64,000 bases of DNA from a virus. How positions within the stretch are numbered: the stretch's first letter is position 1; each line of letters opens with the position of its first letter. Below the pieces are notes generated by a model, which saw only the letters and a list, made by a program, of their open reading frames with translations, did not search any database and was not told the DNA's origin. Of the stretch, positions 19,862 to 29,560 are shown in pieces. The position numbers were made by a program, and so were the translations under genes. The stretch lies in IMG/VR virus record IMGVR_UViG_3300036770_005754, positions 7,472 to 71,471 of that record, one strand, 5' to 3'.

Positions 19862-20776
19862 TTAAATTAGAGTAAAATCAGAAACTCCATTGCCGTCTAT
19901 CCGAATCTGACTCAAGTCCTCAATGCCTGTGATCGTAATAGTGTGTTTGCCACCAGGATTTGATGGGTTCGGGTTCGATGGATTTGGATTGTTTGGTTTA
20001 GAAGCTGGACTGCCGTACAGTCTTTGAATTCTAGGTATGTCGTCATTCTGTTGCGGTTTAGTAATACCGGCTGAATAATATGGAGCCATCAGTGCTCTCT
20101 GTGCAGAAGAATGATCTAGGCCAAGGAAGTGGCCGAATTCATGACAGGCTACATTCAGTAAGAGTATACCGCGATCTTTGGGACTCGTGACCCAGGTCTC
20201 TCCTAAATCGAATCGCATTAATAACTGGCCATTATAGTTGTTGTTCGGCGGTAAGTACGCCCAAGCCAATGTCCCGCCAGGGCCATCGAAATTACTTTGC
20301 CTACCAGAACCTGTCGAGATTATCATATTGGCTGAGTTTTTTGAAGCAACCCTAGTAATTTTAAGGTCGCAATTATCTTCCCATTGCTGATAAGCTAAGT
20401 CAAGAATATCATCTTGATCTTTTTTAGGTAATCCTGGAATATATTGTTCTACGAAATACGTCAATTGTTTCAGACCCCATCTCGAGCCCTGTGAAGCTGA
20501 TGATCTCACATAGTCTGGACACCCACACCTCGGCCACCTCATGGCTCTCACAGTCTGCTCATCCAGCTTTCCAGTCTGTGGTAAACTAAACATCTCTTGA
20601 AATTTCAGAATTGATTGTGATATATCAGCATGTAACATGCTCTTCTTCTTATCGCTGATATAATAATAATCCAGATACTGGATCGCAAAATTGCTGTCAG
20701 AATCGCTGATATTGTTGTCGCCTGCAACTTGCTTGACAAGAGTATTGGTTACTCTCGCAATCAACTGGTCACTCAT
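19862..20776 (-). CDS. Matrixin/MMP-like zinc metalloprotease (peptidase M10) with PG-binding-like prodomain and cysteine switch
   Basis: ILKFQEMFSLPQTGKLDEQT; PRCGCPD; HEFGHFLGLDH; ALMAPYY Met-turn; PNNPNPSNPNPSNP linker. Confidence 0.92.
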   Translation of the reverse strand: MSDQLIARVTNTLVKQVAGDNNISDSDSNFAIQYLDYYYISDKKKSMLHADISQSILKFQEMFSLPQTGKLDEQTVRAMRWPRCGCPDYVRSSASQGSRWGLKQLTYFVEQYIPGLPKKDQDDILDLAYQQWEDNCDLKITRVASKNSANMIISTGSGRQSNFDGPGGTLAWAYLPPNNNYNGQLLMRFDLGETWVTSPKDRGILLLNVACHEFGHFLGLDHSSAQRALMAPYYSAGITKPQQNDDIPRIQRLYGSPASKPNNPNPSNPNPSNPGGKHTITITGIEDLSQIRIDGNGVSDFTLI

Positions 20777-21155
20777 TGCTGTCTCCGATATTTGTTAGCA
20801 CTACAGAACCGTTTTGATCTATCCTGAATGACCAATCTACCACACCAAGATAAGTTTTCGTGACTGTGGCTGTGGCTGCGGCTGTTTTGGACTTCTGAGT
20901 ATTCATAGGTATATACCCACCAGTATTATCGGCGAACCTGAATTGTCGCCATCTTACTGGTGGTAGACTGTTATCCCTGACGCCGCGTAATGGTAGATCA
21001 AGGGGGTCGACACCATGATCCGAGCCAGAGCCATGATTAATCGCCTGCAATGACACTATCCTGTTTACGACCATCGGTGTGTTGAGGTGACTTTTCACAT
21101 AGTCACCAGAGATAGCCGTATTGATTGTCATCATCAATATCAAGAAATATTTCAT
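20769..21155 (-). CDS. Small hypothetical protein with N-terminal hydrophobic/signal-like segment
   Basis: MKYFLILMMTINTAISG N-terminus. Confidence 0.55.
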   Translation of the reverse strand: MKYFLILMMTINTAISGDYVKSHLNTPMVVNRIVSLQAINHGSGSDHGVDPLDLPLRGVRDNSLPPVRWRQFRFADNTGGYIPMNTQKSKTAAATATVTKTYLGVVDWSFRIDQNGSVVLTNIGDSNE

Positions 21156-21156
21156 A

Positions 21157-21486
21157 TCATTTTGCCCAGTGGTTGGTTATTTTAGATTTGCGAATCACGA
21201 CGTTGTTCGAGATGAATGGACTAGGTTGATTAATTGCCGCATATTCTGAAAATGGACTCTTGTAGCTATCGCCAATTTGCGGCAGTGGGCCCATATTTTG
21301 ATTGAAATTGAATGGTCTAGTCTTTAATGGTGCGACAGCCATAGGTGGCCTATCTATTTTAAGAGGCTTCAAATTCACCGGCATTATTAGATTATTGATA
21401 ACATTCGTATTGTTGACGACTTTAACCTCATGGTCTCCAGCTACCGCTGCTGCAGCCATGATCATAAATATTAATATAGTTTTCAT
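21157..21486 (-). CDS. Small hypothetical protein with signal-peptide-like N-terminus
   Basis: MKTILIFMIMAAAAVAG; start placed at the second ATG, after GAGGA. Confidence 0.55.
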   Translation of the reverse strand: MKTILIFMIMAAAAVAGDHEVKVVNNTNVINNLIMPVNLKPLKIDRPPMAVAPLKTRPFNFNQNMGPLPQIGDSYKSPFSEYAAINQPSPFISNNVVIRKSKITNHWAK

Positions 21487-21497
21487 TTTAAACATCC

Positions 21498-22565
21498 TCA
21501 ATTAAAGATTATCCGCCACCTGACGACGATTTCGAAGTCCTCTGATTTTTTGACAGGCGTTTTTAGAATCCTATGTGAAAAAATCTTAAAACCGTCTCTA
21601 AGAATGCCGATTGGACCAACCAACGGAATATTATCACCATCAACTGGGACTCTGTCGACGACAATATCATGCCCGCCTGGTGCTTTGTTTATCACTAGAT
21701 AATATGGGTTTAATTGGTTCAATGTATCATCATCAGAGATCGTCACGTCTCTTGCAACAATCTTTATTTGGTCGCCTTCTTTGATCAAGTCTGGGTTCAT
21801 GACTGACGGGTCTAAGGAAACTGTGGTTGCACCACTGGCGGATGCTGGTAAAGACACGCCATTCTCACCAGTCATAAATATTTCACGGGGTGGGCACTCA
21901 CAACTGCCGACATTTCCGATCTCAGCCGCACCAACCAGTGCTACCTCCGTTATTGTAAAGAAGTCTCCTGACGTTATGCCGAAACCATTGTATTCACTTT
22001 TGAGTAATGTCGTCTCGAAGACTACTATGTTGTTGACAGCTCTGATATCATCCTGCAATAGGGGCGTACCAGAAGGCTGGTAACTGCTCTCAAAGAATAT
22101 TCTCTCTATTCTTTTGAGAGGTCTAGTTGGCTCTGAGATAGGTATCGGATTTATGAGATCTCCACCATATTCGGCACCCACACCTAATGTAACAGGAATT
22201 GAACCACCACTTATGGAGTCGACTATATAAAATCTTTCGTCAGTCGAGTCTAACGGATTACCATCTTCTCCGAACGAAGCACCAAACACGATGTATTTGG
22301 CAGCGAACTCGTCTATATCAATATCGTGCGTTACCCAATCGCCTGCACCACCATTGGCATTTATGTCCCAAACTTTGTGGTATGGTAGCCTATGTGAGAT
22401 CATTTCTTTGGCGAAAATTTTGATAATATTAGGTTGATATATTGTGTTTATTATTCTGCCATGTTTGTCTTTTATTATGAATTCAATTTCACCTTTATAG
22501 GTACGTATCTTGTGCCCATTTGCATCTGAGCCAAGCCCATATTGATCTTGCAATTTTGCTTTCAT
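21498..22565 (-). CDS. Putative virion structural (tail/baseplate) protein
   Basis: GEIEFIIKDKHG...NII, ITEVALVG and C-terminal FSHRILKTPVKKSEDFEIVVRWRI resemble phage tail-collar/baseplate-type proteins. Confidence 0.55.
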   Translation of the reverse strand: MKAKLQDQYGLGSDANGHKIRTYKGEIEFIIKDKHGRIINTIYQPNIIKIFAKEMISHRLPYHKVWDINANGGAGDWVTHDIDIDEFAAKYIVFGASFGEDGNPLDSTDERFYIVDSISGGSIPVTLGVGAEYGGDLINPIPISEPTRPLKRIERIFFESSYQPSGTPLLQDDIRAVNNIVVFETTLLKSEYNGFGITSGDFFTITEVALVGAAEIGNVGSCECPPREIFMTGENGVSLPASASGATTVSLDPSVMNPDLIKEGDQIKIVARDVTISDDDTLNQLNPYYLVINKAPGGHDIVVDRVPVDGDNIPLVGPIGILRDGFKIFSHRILKTPVKKSEDFEIVVRWRIIFN

Positions 22566-22572
22566 TGTTTTC

Positions 22573-23199
22573 TCATAATACTAAAGACGGGGTGTGATAT
22601 GAATTATCTGGGATTCTTCGCAATACTACTGTGAATTCATCTCCATTGTCAAGAAGAATCCCACTTAATAGAATCGTTGAATTCCCTATTATCGTGTAGC
22701 TTCTGGGGTCTACCAGCAAACCATTAACATGTAAGAAGCATCTTGTCTCATCGTTAACAAATTGCCTCAAAGCTTCTGGTATTGGTATGCTATTTATACC
22801 ATTGTTAGCACAACTTCCGCTGAACACAACATCCTGAGTGAATGATTCGATCGTCGCCTTTACAGAATTATACCATTCTGATAGTGTTATGTGTAGACCA
22901 TTCGTGTCAGGTTCTCCCAATGGTATTACTTCAGAATAATTCAACCATTGATTGTCTTTACGGATTTTTAGAGTTTGTGAATTTAGATCGAACCATGGTG
23001 TACCGTCTCTGTATTCTGTTGGTTCGTCATATGATGATTGTTGTGATAATAACGCGATCACAACCATTCTCATGTGATCATATCTTGCCTGAGATTGTGG
23101 CATTGGATAATTATCATGATCCTGGCTTGCCAAACCTACTTCTGTCTGAAAGTTAATCAGAGCAGAAGAGAATCTCATCCTATTGTCCGGTATCGTCAT
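22573..23199 (-). CDS. Putative virion structural protein
   Basis: C-terminal LHVNGLLVDPRSYTIIGNSTI beta-rich module; GGAGG and TATAAATA upstream. Confidence 0.5.
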   Translation of the reverse strand: MTIPDNRMRFSSALINFQTEVGLASQDHDNYPMPQSQARYDHMRMVVIALLSQQSSYDEPTEYRDGTPWFDLNSQTLKIRKDNQWLNYSEVIPLGEPDTNGLHITLSEWYNSVKATIESFTQDVVFSGSCANNGINSIPIPEALRQFVNDETRCFLHVNGLLVDPRSYTIIGNSTILLSGILLDNGDEFTVVLRRIPDNSYHTPSLVL

Positions 23200-23211
23200 A
23201 TAGCCCCTCCA

Positions 23212-23219
23212 TATTTATA
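23212..23219 (-). promoter_or_regulatory. T4-type late promoter-like TATAAATA
   Basis: Exact TATAAATA on the minus strand, 13 nt upstream of the ATG at 23199, followed by GGAGG. Confidence 0.4.
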
Positions 23220-23224
23220 TACTA

Positions 23225-24256
23225 TTATCGTCTAGCGATCGGAGCTGTGCGTGGTGCTGGTGCAGTCTTTGGTATCGCTGCTTCTTCAGCTGCCTCCTCT
23301 TCAGTGCTATCGACACCCATCTGTGCTGCTATCTCGCTTTCTTCGTCCTTCGGCTGGACAGCTCTAGCAATATCGCCTATGGCCTTTCTGCGATCTTGTA
23401 TTTCTTGTTCTTTCTGTTCAAATGCTCCTGGTGCGTCTCCGGATGCAAAGTCCACCATATGCTTTAATTGCTCTTCGAAATCTCCGGGATTTACCAAAGT
23501 GTCATAATTAATACGTGCGATCGGCTGGTCTGCTCCAGTCACAGCGTTTTTGATAGTTAAAATTATCGATTGTCCATCGTCTGATTTTTTCCAGGATATG
23601 CCCTGTTGCGTCAGTCTATCTTGTAATGGACCCATGCCCATTTTCTCACCAAGAACTCTCAACGCTCTAGCAAAAGTTCTGAAAAGATCATCTGGCTGAT
23701 CACCAGTCGGTGTGGCCAATCCTTCTAAAGCTTCGTTCAAGTAATTTTGGAAAACACGCCTTTCTGGTGATTCGTATCTTAGTTCCGTTCCGCGATTAGC
23801 ACCTTTGGCAGCCCCTTTTGGATAATCATGGTTCTTCCTCTTTCTTCTGACCATTTTAGATGCTGATTCTAAAAAATCAATAATTCTAATAGGCTCTGAG
23901 ACCTGTTTTGGTTTAGCCACAGCTTTGAAAGCTTCATCTAGCTTATTAATAAAAGTCATTTCCAATTCTCCACCGGCTTCTGATGTCATTTCGATCATTT
24001 TTGATTCTGAGACTGCTTCTAAAGAAAACGTCAGAATCGTACCACCGCGAACTCTTTTGATGTCGACGTGGATTTTGTTCTCCACTACTTCTTCTTCAAT
24101 GAATGACAGTAGTGCATTTGCGGCTTCCGGACTTTTCTTGAATAACATTATTCCCTGAATATCTGCTTCGTCACATACGATGTCATAGGGTATGCCATTT
24201 ACAGCAGACCACTGTGATATCATCTTACAAATCATGCTCAGGCGTGGGTCTACCAT
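23225..24256 (-). CDS. Hypothetical protein (acidic, possibly head-associated)
   Basis: 343-aa ORF containing VSES, LDEA, FLES, LNEA. Confidence 0.7.
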   Translation of the reverse strand: MVDPRLSMICKMISQWSAVNGIPYDIVCDEADIQGIMLFKKSPEAANALLSFIEEEVVENKIHVDIKRVRGGTILTFSLEAVSESKMIEMTSEAGGELEMTFINKLDEAFKAVAKPKQVSEPIRIIDFLESASKMVRRKRKNHDYPKGAAKGANRGTELRYESPERRVFQNYLNEALEGLATPTGDQPDDLFRTFARALRVLGEKMGMGPLQDRLTQQGISWKKSDDGQSIILTIKNAVTGADQPIARINYDTLVNPGDFEEQLKHMVDFASGDAPGAFEQKEQEIQDRRKAIGDIARAVQPKDEESEIAAQMGVDSTEEEAAEEAAIPKTAPAPRTAPIARR

Positions 24257-24771
24257 TCTGGTTTTTCACAAAATTCGACTAATTCACATAAAGTGACGCT
24301 CTTGCCATCTATCAACGTAATACCGGTCCCTATGATATCTTCATTTAATGATTTATAAAACATTCTGAAATAGTCTATTACAGCCGAAGATAGATCACCA
24401 ATATCCGGCACTAAGATCGTGTGTCGACGATATGTTCTCTTGAACCTACCAGAAAATTTATCATCGTTTGAGTCTACAGACCACAGTCCCCTTGATACAT
24501 CAGGGTTCAAAATTAGCGTTTTAGTTTTGTACCCAATTTTACAACCATCGGCAGTCACCGATATATTCAAACTAGGATTCTCTCTTCTCACTATTGTCGC
24601 TAAATTAGTGTTTATTCTTCTAGATGTTAATGCCAATTTCCTCTTCAAATCAGATAAATGCTGCTTGACACGATCAATTTGACCTACTAGATCAGTAGCT
24701 ACATCCAGCAAATCACCGCACTGAGTTGCTTGCTCTTCAAGTATCAGAGACAATCGATTTGAAAAACTCAT
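24250..24771 (-). CDS. Hypothetical protein
   Basis: 173-aa ORF coupled to its neighbours. Confidence 0.7.
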   Translation of the reverse strand: MSFSNRLSLILEEQATQCGDLLDVATDLVGQIDRVKQHLSDLKRKLALTSRRINTNLATIVRRENPSLNISVTADGCKIGYKTKTLILNPDVSRGLWSVDSNDDKFSGRFKRTYRRHTILVPDIGDLSSAVIDYFRMFYKSLNEDIIGTGITLIDGKSVTLCELVEFCEKPEW

Positions 24772-25148
24772 CAGAATAACCTGTTGGATGGAAAATCGAC
24801 TTCATCTGGAGTACTACCAGCAATAATAGCAATCTGATTATCGTCAGAGTTCGGATCGATGTCTAGCATATCATAAACATTGCTGAGATTATCTAGCAAC
24901 TCACGTGCACGGTCAGCAGAGCCGACCTGTGCAATTAATTCTTTCGCCAGAATATAGTCTTCAGACGTGAATTTCTCATCTTCCCCGGCATCTTCGCCAC
25001 ATTCGGCAGATGACATTCCTCCCATACTGACGTTTATTGGTCCGAATCCAGCATTAGACATTGCACTTTGAATGCCTGTCCCAGACATAGGCTGCATGCC
25101 GCTTTCCATTATCGAAACTATCGTACGTATCGGATCGTTCTTTCGCAT
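24771..25148 (-). CDS. Hypothetical acidic protein
   Basis: 125-aa ORF coupled to the next gene. Confidence 0.65.
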   Translation of the reverse strand: MRKNDPIRTIVSIMESGMQPMSGTGIQSAMSNAGFGPINVSMGGMSSAECGEDAGEDEKFTSEDYILAKELIAQVGSADRARELLDNLSNVYDMLDIDPNSDDNQIAIIAGSTPDEVDFPSNRLF

Positions 25149-25300
25149 GGCTACTTCTTTCTAAAAAAATTCTTAATTATTTTTTCCTATTTGGCCAATC
25201 GTTTAAGTCTCTCTAAGGCTGATTCAAAGTGCATTATGTTACATAGCTCTCACCTGATAAATACTTATCTAAGAATCTTCACACTAATCAGGAGGTTATA

Positions 25301-26557
25301 ATGAGACATTTGATGATAATAGCACTACTAGTGACGTCCATCAGCAATGCCGAAGCATGTCCGTTCAGAAGATCACGATGTAGAACTCTCAATAGGAGTC
25401 AGTGTCAAATAGTATACAGGAGCCGATGCCAGGTTGGGTTCATAATCAGAGAATCCTCAGAACCACAAGTTCAACAGCAGATCGATGTGTCGCGAGTAAA
25501 TGAACCGCGGATTGAGATATTGCAGGAAGATGCAGTACAAGCAGAACTAGAAGAAATCACTAGTGAATCAGGCCCACCCGCACCATCCTTGGAATTGGTA
25601 AAGTCAAGCGAAGATGAAGAAGCATACCCGAAATCCACTTTCAAATTAACAGACACTCTCGATTTCAATCTTTGCACAAAAAAGATAGATTTATCGAAGC
25701 TAGAAGCAGTTAAAGCTTTCCAAGAAGAAACGCCAGCAGTTAGCTTATCTGGCTTGGGGCAAGTAAAGGCGTCCAATACTGAATTATCTGTAGCCGCAGC
25801 GCCTAAAACAGTGAAGCAAGAAAATGACTTCGCACTAACAGACGAATCTCCAGCAGACGAATACCCATCCCCAGCTTCTAATATATTCGGTGCTGAAATA
25901 GAATATAACGTAGGTGACCTGATAGAATTATCTGTAGAACCAGCAGATAAGCCAAATGGTTTAATCTCTGTTGACTATACTTGGACTGTATTGCCGAATG
26001 TGGCGTCGAGAGTATGGCCAGATAAAACAAAAATTTTGTTTGGCACGGGCTCTAAAAGCCTAACATACGTCGTAATCCTAAACACATCATATGTCTTCGG
26101 AGAAAGAGATCCGCAAGGTAATATTGAGAGTGTAGTACAAAAAACGTCCGTTACTATGGCGAATGTGAGAGTAGGCGGCGGCACCTCTGAGACATCACCA
26201 AACAATCTATCAGGTCTCTCTAGATTGGCATATGAATGGACATATGAAGTCACGAAAACTGAGAACTATGACAAATCACGATTAATGGCAGATGCAGGTA
26301 AGCTATCAGAGTCATTTAAGACCATAGCCAATGAAATTCAGAGCGGAGCATTAACCGACGTTGGATCAATAATAAGAAGAACGAAAGAGAATAACGACGC
26401 CACAATAGAGAATAGAAATGAATGGCTACCATGGTTTACTAGGATGTCTGAACACCTGCAAGTATCATACAACAATGGAACTATCAGGGACATAGATGAT
26501 TTCAACAAGGCATGGCTTGAAATATCAAAAGGTCTAGAAACGGCAGCAAAAGGATGA
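25301..26557 (+). CDS. Hypothetical secreted/periplasmic-type protein
   Basis: Signal-like MRHLMIIALLVTSISNAEA; AGGAGG upstream. Confidence 0.7.
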   Translation: MRHLMIIALLVTSISNAEACPFRRSRCRTLNRSQCQIVYRSRCQVGFIIRESSEPQVQQQIDVSRVNEPRIEILQEDAVQAELEEITSESGPPAPSLELVKSSEDEEAYPKSTFKLTDTLDFNLCTKKIDLSKLEAVKAFQEETPAVSLSGLGQVKASNTELSVAAAPKTVKQENDFALTDESPADEYPSPASNIFGAEIEYNVGDLIELSVEPADKPNGLISVDYTWTVLPNVASRVWPDKTKILFGTGSKSLTYVVILNTSYVFGERDPQGNIESVVQKTSVTMANVRVGGGTSETSPNNLSGLSRLAYEWTYEVTKTENYDKSRLMADAGKLSESFKTIANEIQSGALTDVGSIIRRTKENNDATIENRNEWLPWFTRMSEHLQVSYNNGTIRDIDDFNKAWLEISKGLETAAKG

Positions 26558-26646
26558 TGATATCATTGGTCATAGCGATATCGGTAGTACCGATAATATT
26601 GTGGTACATCCTTGAAGAACGCTCAGACACTAAAAGATGGAAGTAA
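26554..26646 (+). CDS. 30-aa single-TM micro-protein (not in ORF track)
   Basis: MMISLVIAISVVPIILWYILEERSDTKRWK; ATGA overlap upstream and TAAAATG coupling to the next gene. Confidence 0.5.
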   Translation: MMISLVIAISVVPIILWYILEERSDTKRWK

Positions 26647-26647
26647 A

Positions 26648-27331
26648 ATGGAAGACGAATATCCATTGGTATCTGCGATAATGCTTGCCGGAAAATCGAA
26701 CATAACAGACATATTATGCGCTATACAATGTTTCAACAAACAATCCTACCCGTATAAAGAACTAATTATAATTAATAATGCTAAGACCCAATTTGAAGCT
26801 AGCTCTCTAGAATTGGATGCCAACGAAAATGTATTCATAATCGACACACCAACAGAACTAACGGCTGGGATGGCTAGGAATTATGGTATAAAGGCAGCGA
26901 GCGGTAGAATATTGGCGCAGTTCGATTCTGATTATTGGCATTCACCAGATAGACTCAGCACACAAATTTCAGCAATGGTCAATAATGAATCGCATATATG
27001 TATGCTAAGCGATGCATTGTCATTCAGTTACCTATCTGGTATCGCAACCATCATTAGTAATGAGAAATCCGCGATACTCGGCACCATGGTATACATAAGA
27101 CCACAAAATATAGACTACCCACCATATAATAAATACGAAGAATTCGGAATACTCAGCAAAATGATAGAATCGGGCATGAAGCCTATTTCCATAAACAATC
27201 CAGATCTATGTTGTAAGTTGATTACGTCTGACGCACATGAGGACATGATCAACAATGGGTTGAATGATGATCAATTAAGTCTAGTGAAGTCGATTGTCGA
27301 AGAGCGATCGATGATATCCGCCAATATGTGA
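26648..27331 (+). CDS. Glycosyltransferase family 2
   Basis: LVSAIM, QSYPYKELIIINN, ARNYGIKAASG, AQFDSDYW...RLSTQ; start reassigned to MEDEYP. Confidence 0.8.
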   Translation: MEDEYPLVSAIMLAGKSNITDILCAIQCFNKQSYPYKELIIINNAKTQFEASSLELDANENVFIIDTPTELTAGMARNYGIKAASGRILAQFDSDYWHSPDRLSTQISAMVNNESHICMLSDALSFSYLSGIATIISNEKSAILGTMVYIRPQNIDYPPYNKYEEFGILSKMIESGMKPISINNPDLCCKLITSDAHEDMINNGLNDDQLSLVKSIVEERSMISANM

Positions 27332-27370
27332 TATTAGGCGGCAGCTCAAAAATATTCGTAGGAGGTATAT

Positions 27371-29560
27371 ATGCGCAGTGTCATTTCGAAGCTCAATAGA
27401 AGACTACGACCAATATTTGAATCATCCGCAGAACCAGTAGAGCATATATGGTGGAAGAGCCCTGACTCACCAGATTATAACAGGCAATTGGCAGAAGATG
27501 CTTTATATCATACAATAGGCCCCCTTACAAATAACCCCAGATGGGCATCAGAATGGACCAGCAAGAGTGAGCCTGTGCCAGGATTCGTTGGTGGTGGCCC
27601 AGCACCAAGATGGGACGAACATGAAATAACAATGGCTATGGCTGGTGATCAGTCTTACCAAAGAGGGCCAATGAGCCCAAAAGGTTCTCCAATATATAGA
27701 TTAGCTATGAAAACAGCTAGAAAATTTGGTAGAGAAAATGACCAAGATTTAATAGCTGACTTCTATGCTAATGGTCTCCTGAGACTCGCCACCTTAATGA
27801 AGCCAGGATATGACCAATCGAGAAGTACATTTATACAATATGCACTCCCATATATCAGAAGTGCGATGGATACAGGCACTGGTAAGACTCTTGCAACACA
27901 AGCAGCAGCTGGTTTCAGAAGCGAAGGTGGGATAGTGGGCTTCAAAGGTCTTCTCGACTATAATATCACACAAGGAGACCCTGAAAGAATCCGTAAAATC
28001 GCAACGCAAATAAAAGGGAAATACAGAGAGCAGAGGAGTCATGACAAAGACAAAGGCAACCCATTAGGACCATATTCAAAGGCTTTTTGGGAACTAGCTA
28101 ACGCATATGCAGACGCACTTGAATCCGATAATGAAGACCGCATCGAGGCAATACGTCATCAAATAGGCCAAAAGATAGAGGAAATAGAATCAGAGTCGAC
28201 TGTCCTTGGTGCACGACTTGGCATAGGCCAAGCTATGACGGATCCGACTAGAAAAACGCCAATGAAGATTGTGAGCGTAGATGCTCCTATGGGTGACGAC
28301 GAAGGTTCGTCCACAATCGCTGGATCACTAGAATCCAAAAAAGAAGATGAAGCGGAATGGATAACACCGCAAGTAATCAATAAAGTGCTTATGATGGCAT
28401 TGGACGAAGAATGGATGAAATACACTGCTATCAAAATGAAGTCCGACAAAAAACTTGCAGCATTCGCAGTAGAGAAATTGGGGCTAACAGAAGTAATTAA
28501 CGAACCACTGACAGCCAATGAGTTTAGGTTCGTCATCAGAACCCTGGGCACGATCGCGTCAGAGTATCCCGGAAAAGGCGTGGTCAGAAAGAATATCAAT
28601 ATGCCCAGGAACTCCAAAGGGTGGTGGAAGCCTGGTGAAGATCCTGAAATAGAACCATTTTCATACGTGAAAAAAGGTACCAATGAGAGAATACAAAAAA
28701 TGTGGAAATCAAGATGGGCCACAGGACGTAAAGATCCAGGGCAAGATCCGAATGAGCCATATAAGAAAATGAATAACACGGAAATAATGAGAGAGATGTT
28801 CGCAGAAAATGACGAGTTCAGAAGACTAGCAATACGAACTGCTACGCCAGTGAAAAAAGATCAGATCGCCGAAAAGTATGCTGAATACTTCGGCAGACTA
28901 TTAGACACGAGAAACCCTGAGGAACTGGCTAAAATTCGTTCTGAATATATGGCGGTATACCCTGAAAACGATCGATATTATCACTACATCAATACTAACA
29001 TACCAAGATACATAGCGGCCCTAAAGAAAAGGGACAATAAAACAATAGAGAGATATAATAAAGAATTCAGGACTAAATTTGATATGAACTCTGGAGAAGT
29101 CACTAGAGTGACGGGTTTCAGTCCCGTAACAATCGGCGAGCAGTTAAACAGAGCTTTAAATAAATTAAAAATAATAGTATTCTCAGAACGCAGAGATCTT
29201 GAAGACCCACAAGTAATCAAACCATCAAAATTGAAAGCCAGCGAACCAGAAGGTCCAGCGCTAGCTGAAGAATTACACAGATCACATCCAATTGACAGAG
29301 AATTAATCATAGAAGCTTGTGAATGGATGTGCTCAAAAATCGAATCAGTATTAAATGAGAAATCACCGCCGGGGTGGAAGAAGACAGTCGAACATATGAA
29401 AGAAAAGGGGATGACTGAAAAAGAAGCGTTCTCAAGAGCTTGGGCCACACATAAGAAGGGTGGGTCGAGGCCCGACAGAAGAAAGAAAAATAAATACTAT
29501 GTTGAAAGTTCAATGAAGCCAATTGATTCAATATCGGATGACATATATGAAATTGAATGA
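27371..29560 (+). CDS. Highly divergent, insertion-rich sigma70-like protein
   Basis: Region 2-like TARKF...DLIAD...NGLLRL...GYDQSRSTFIQYALPYIRSAM; region 3.2-like IVSVDAPMGDDEGSSTI; region 4-like LTANEFRFVIRTLG, MNNTEI, TIGEQLNRALNKLK. Confidence 0.55.
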   Translation: MRSVISKLNRRLRPIFESSAEPVEHIWWKSPDSPDYNRQLAEDALYHTIGPLTNNPRWASEWTSKSEPVPGFVGGGPAPRWDEHEITMAMAGDQSYQRGPMSPKGSPIYRLAMKTARKFGRENDQDLIADFYANGLLRLATLMKPGYDQSRSTFIQYALPYIRSAMDTGTGKTLATQAAAGFRSEGGIVGFKGLLDYNITQGDPERIRKIATQIKGKYREQRSHDKDKGNPLGPYSKAFWELANAYADALESDNEDRIEAIRHQIGQKIEEIESESTVLGARLGIGQAMTDPTRKTPMKIVSVDAPMGDDEGSSTIAGSLESKKEDEAEWITPQVINKVLMMALDEEWMKYTAIKMKSDKKLAAFAVEKLGLTEVINEPLTANEFRFVIRTLGTIASEYPGKGVVRKNINMPRNSKGWWKPGEDPEIEPFSYVKKGTNERIQKMWKSRWATGRKDPGQDPNEPYKKMNNTEIMREMFAENDEFRRLAIRTATPVKKDQIAEKYAEYFGRLLDTRNPEELAKIRSEYMAVYPENDRYYHYINTNIPRYIAALKKRDNKTIERYNKEFRTKFDMNSGEVTRVTGFSPVTIGEQLNRALNKLKIIVFSERRDLEDPQVIKPSKLKASEPEGPALAEELHRSHPIDRELIIEACEWMCSKIESVLNEKSPPGWKKTVEHMKEKGMTEKEAFSRAWATHKKGGSRPDRRKKNKYYVESSMKPIDSISDDIYEIE

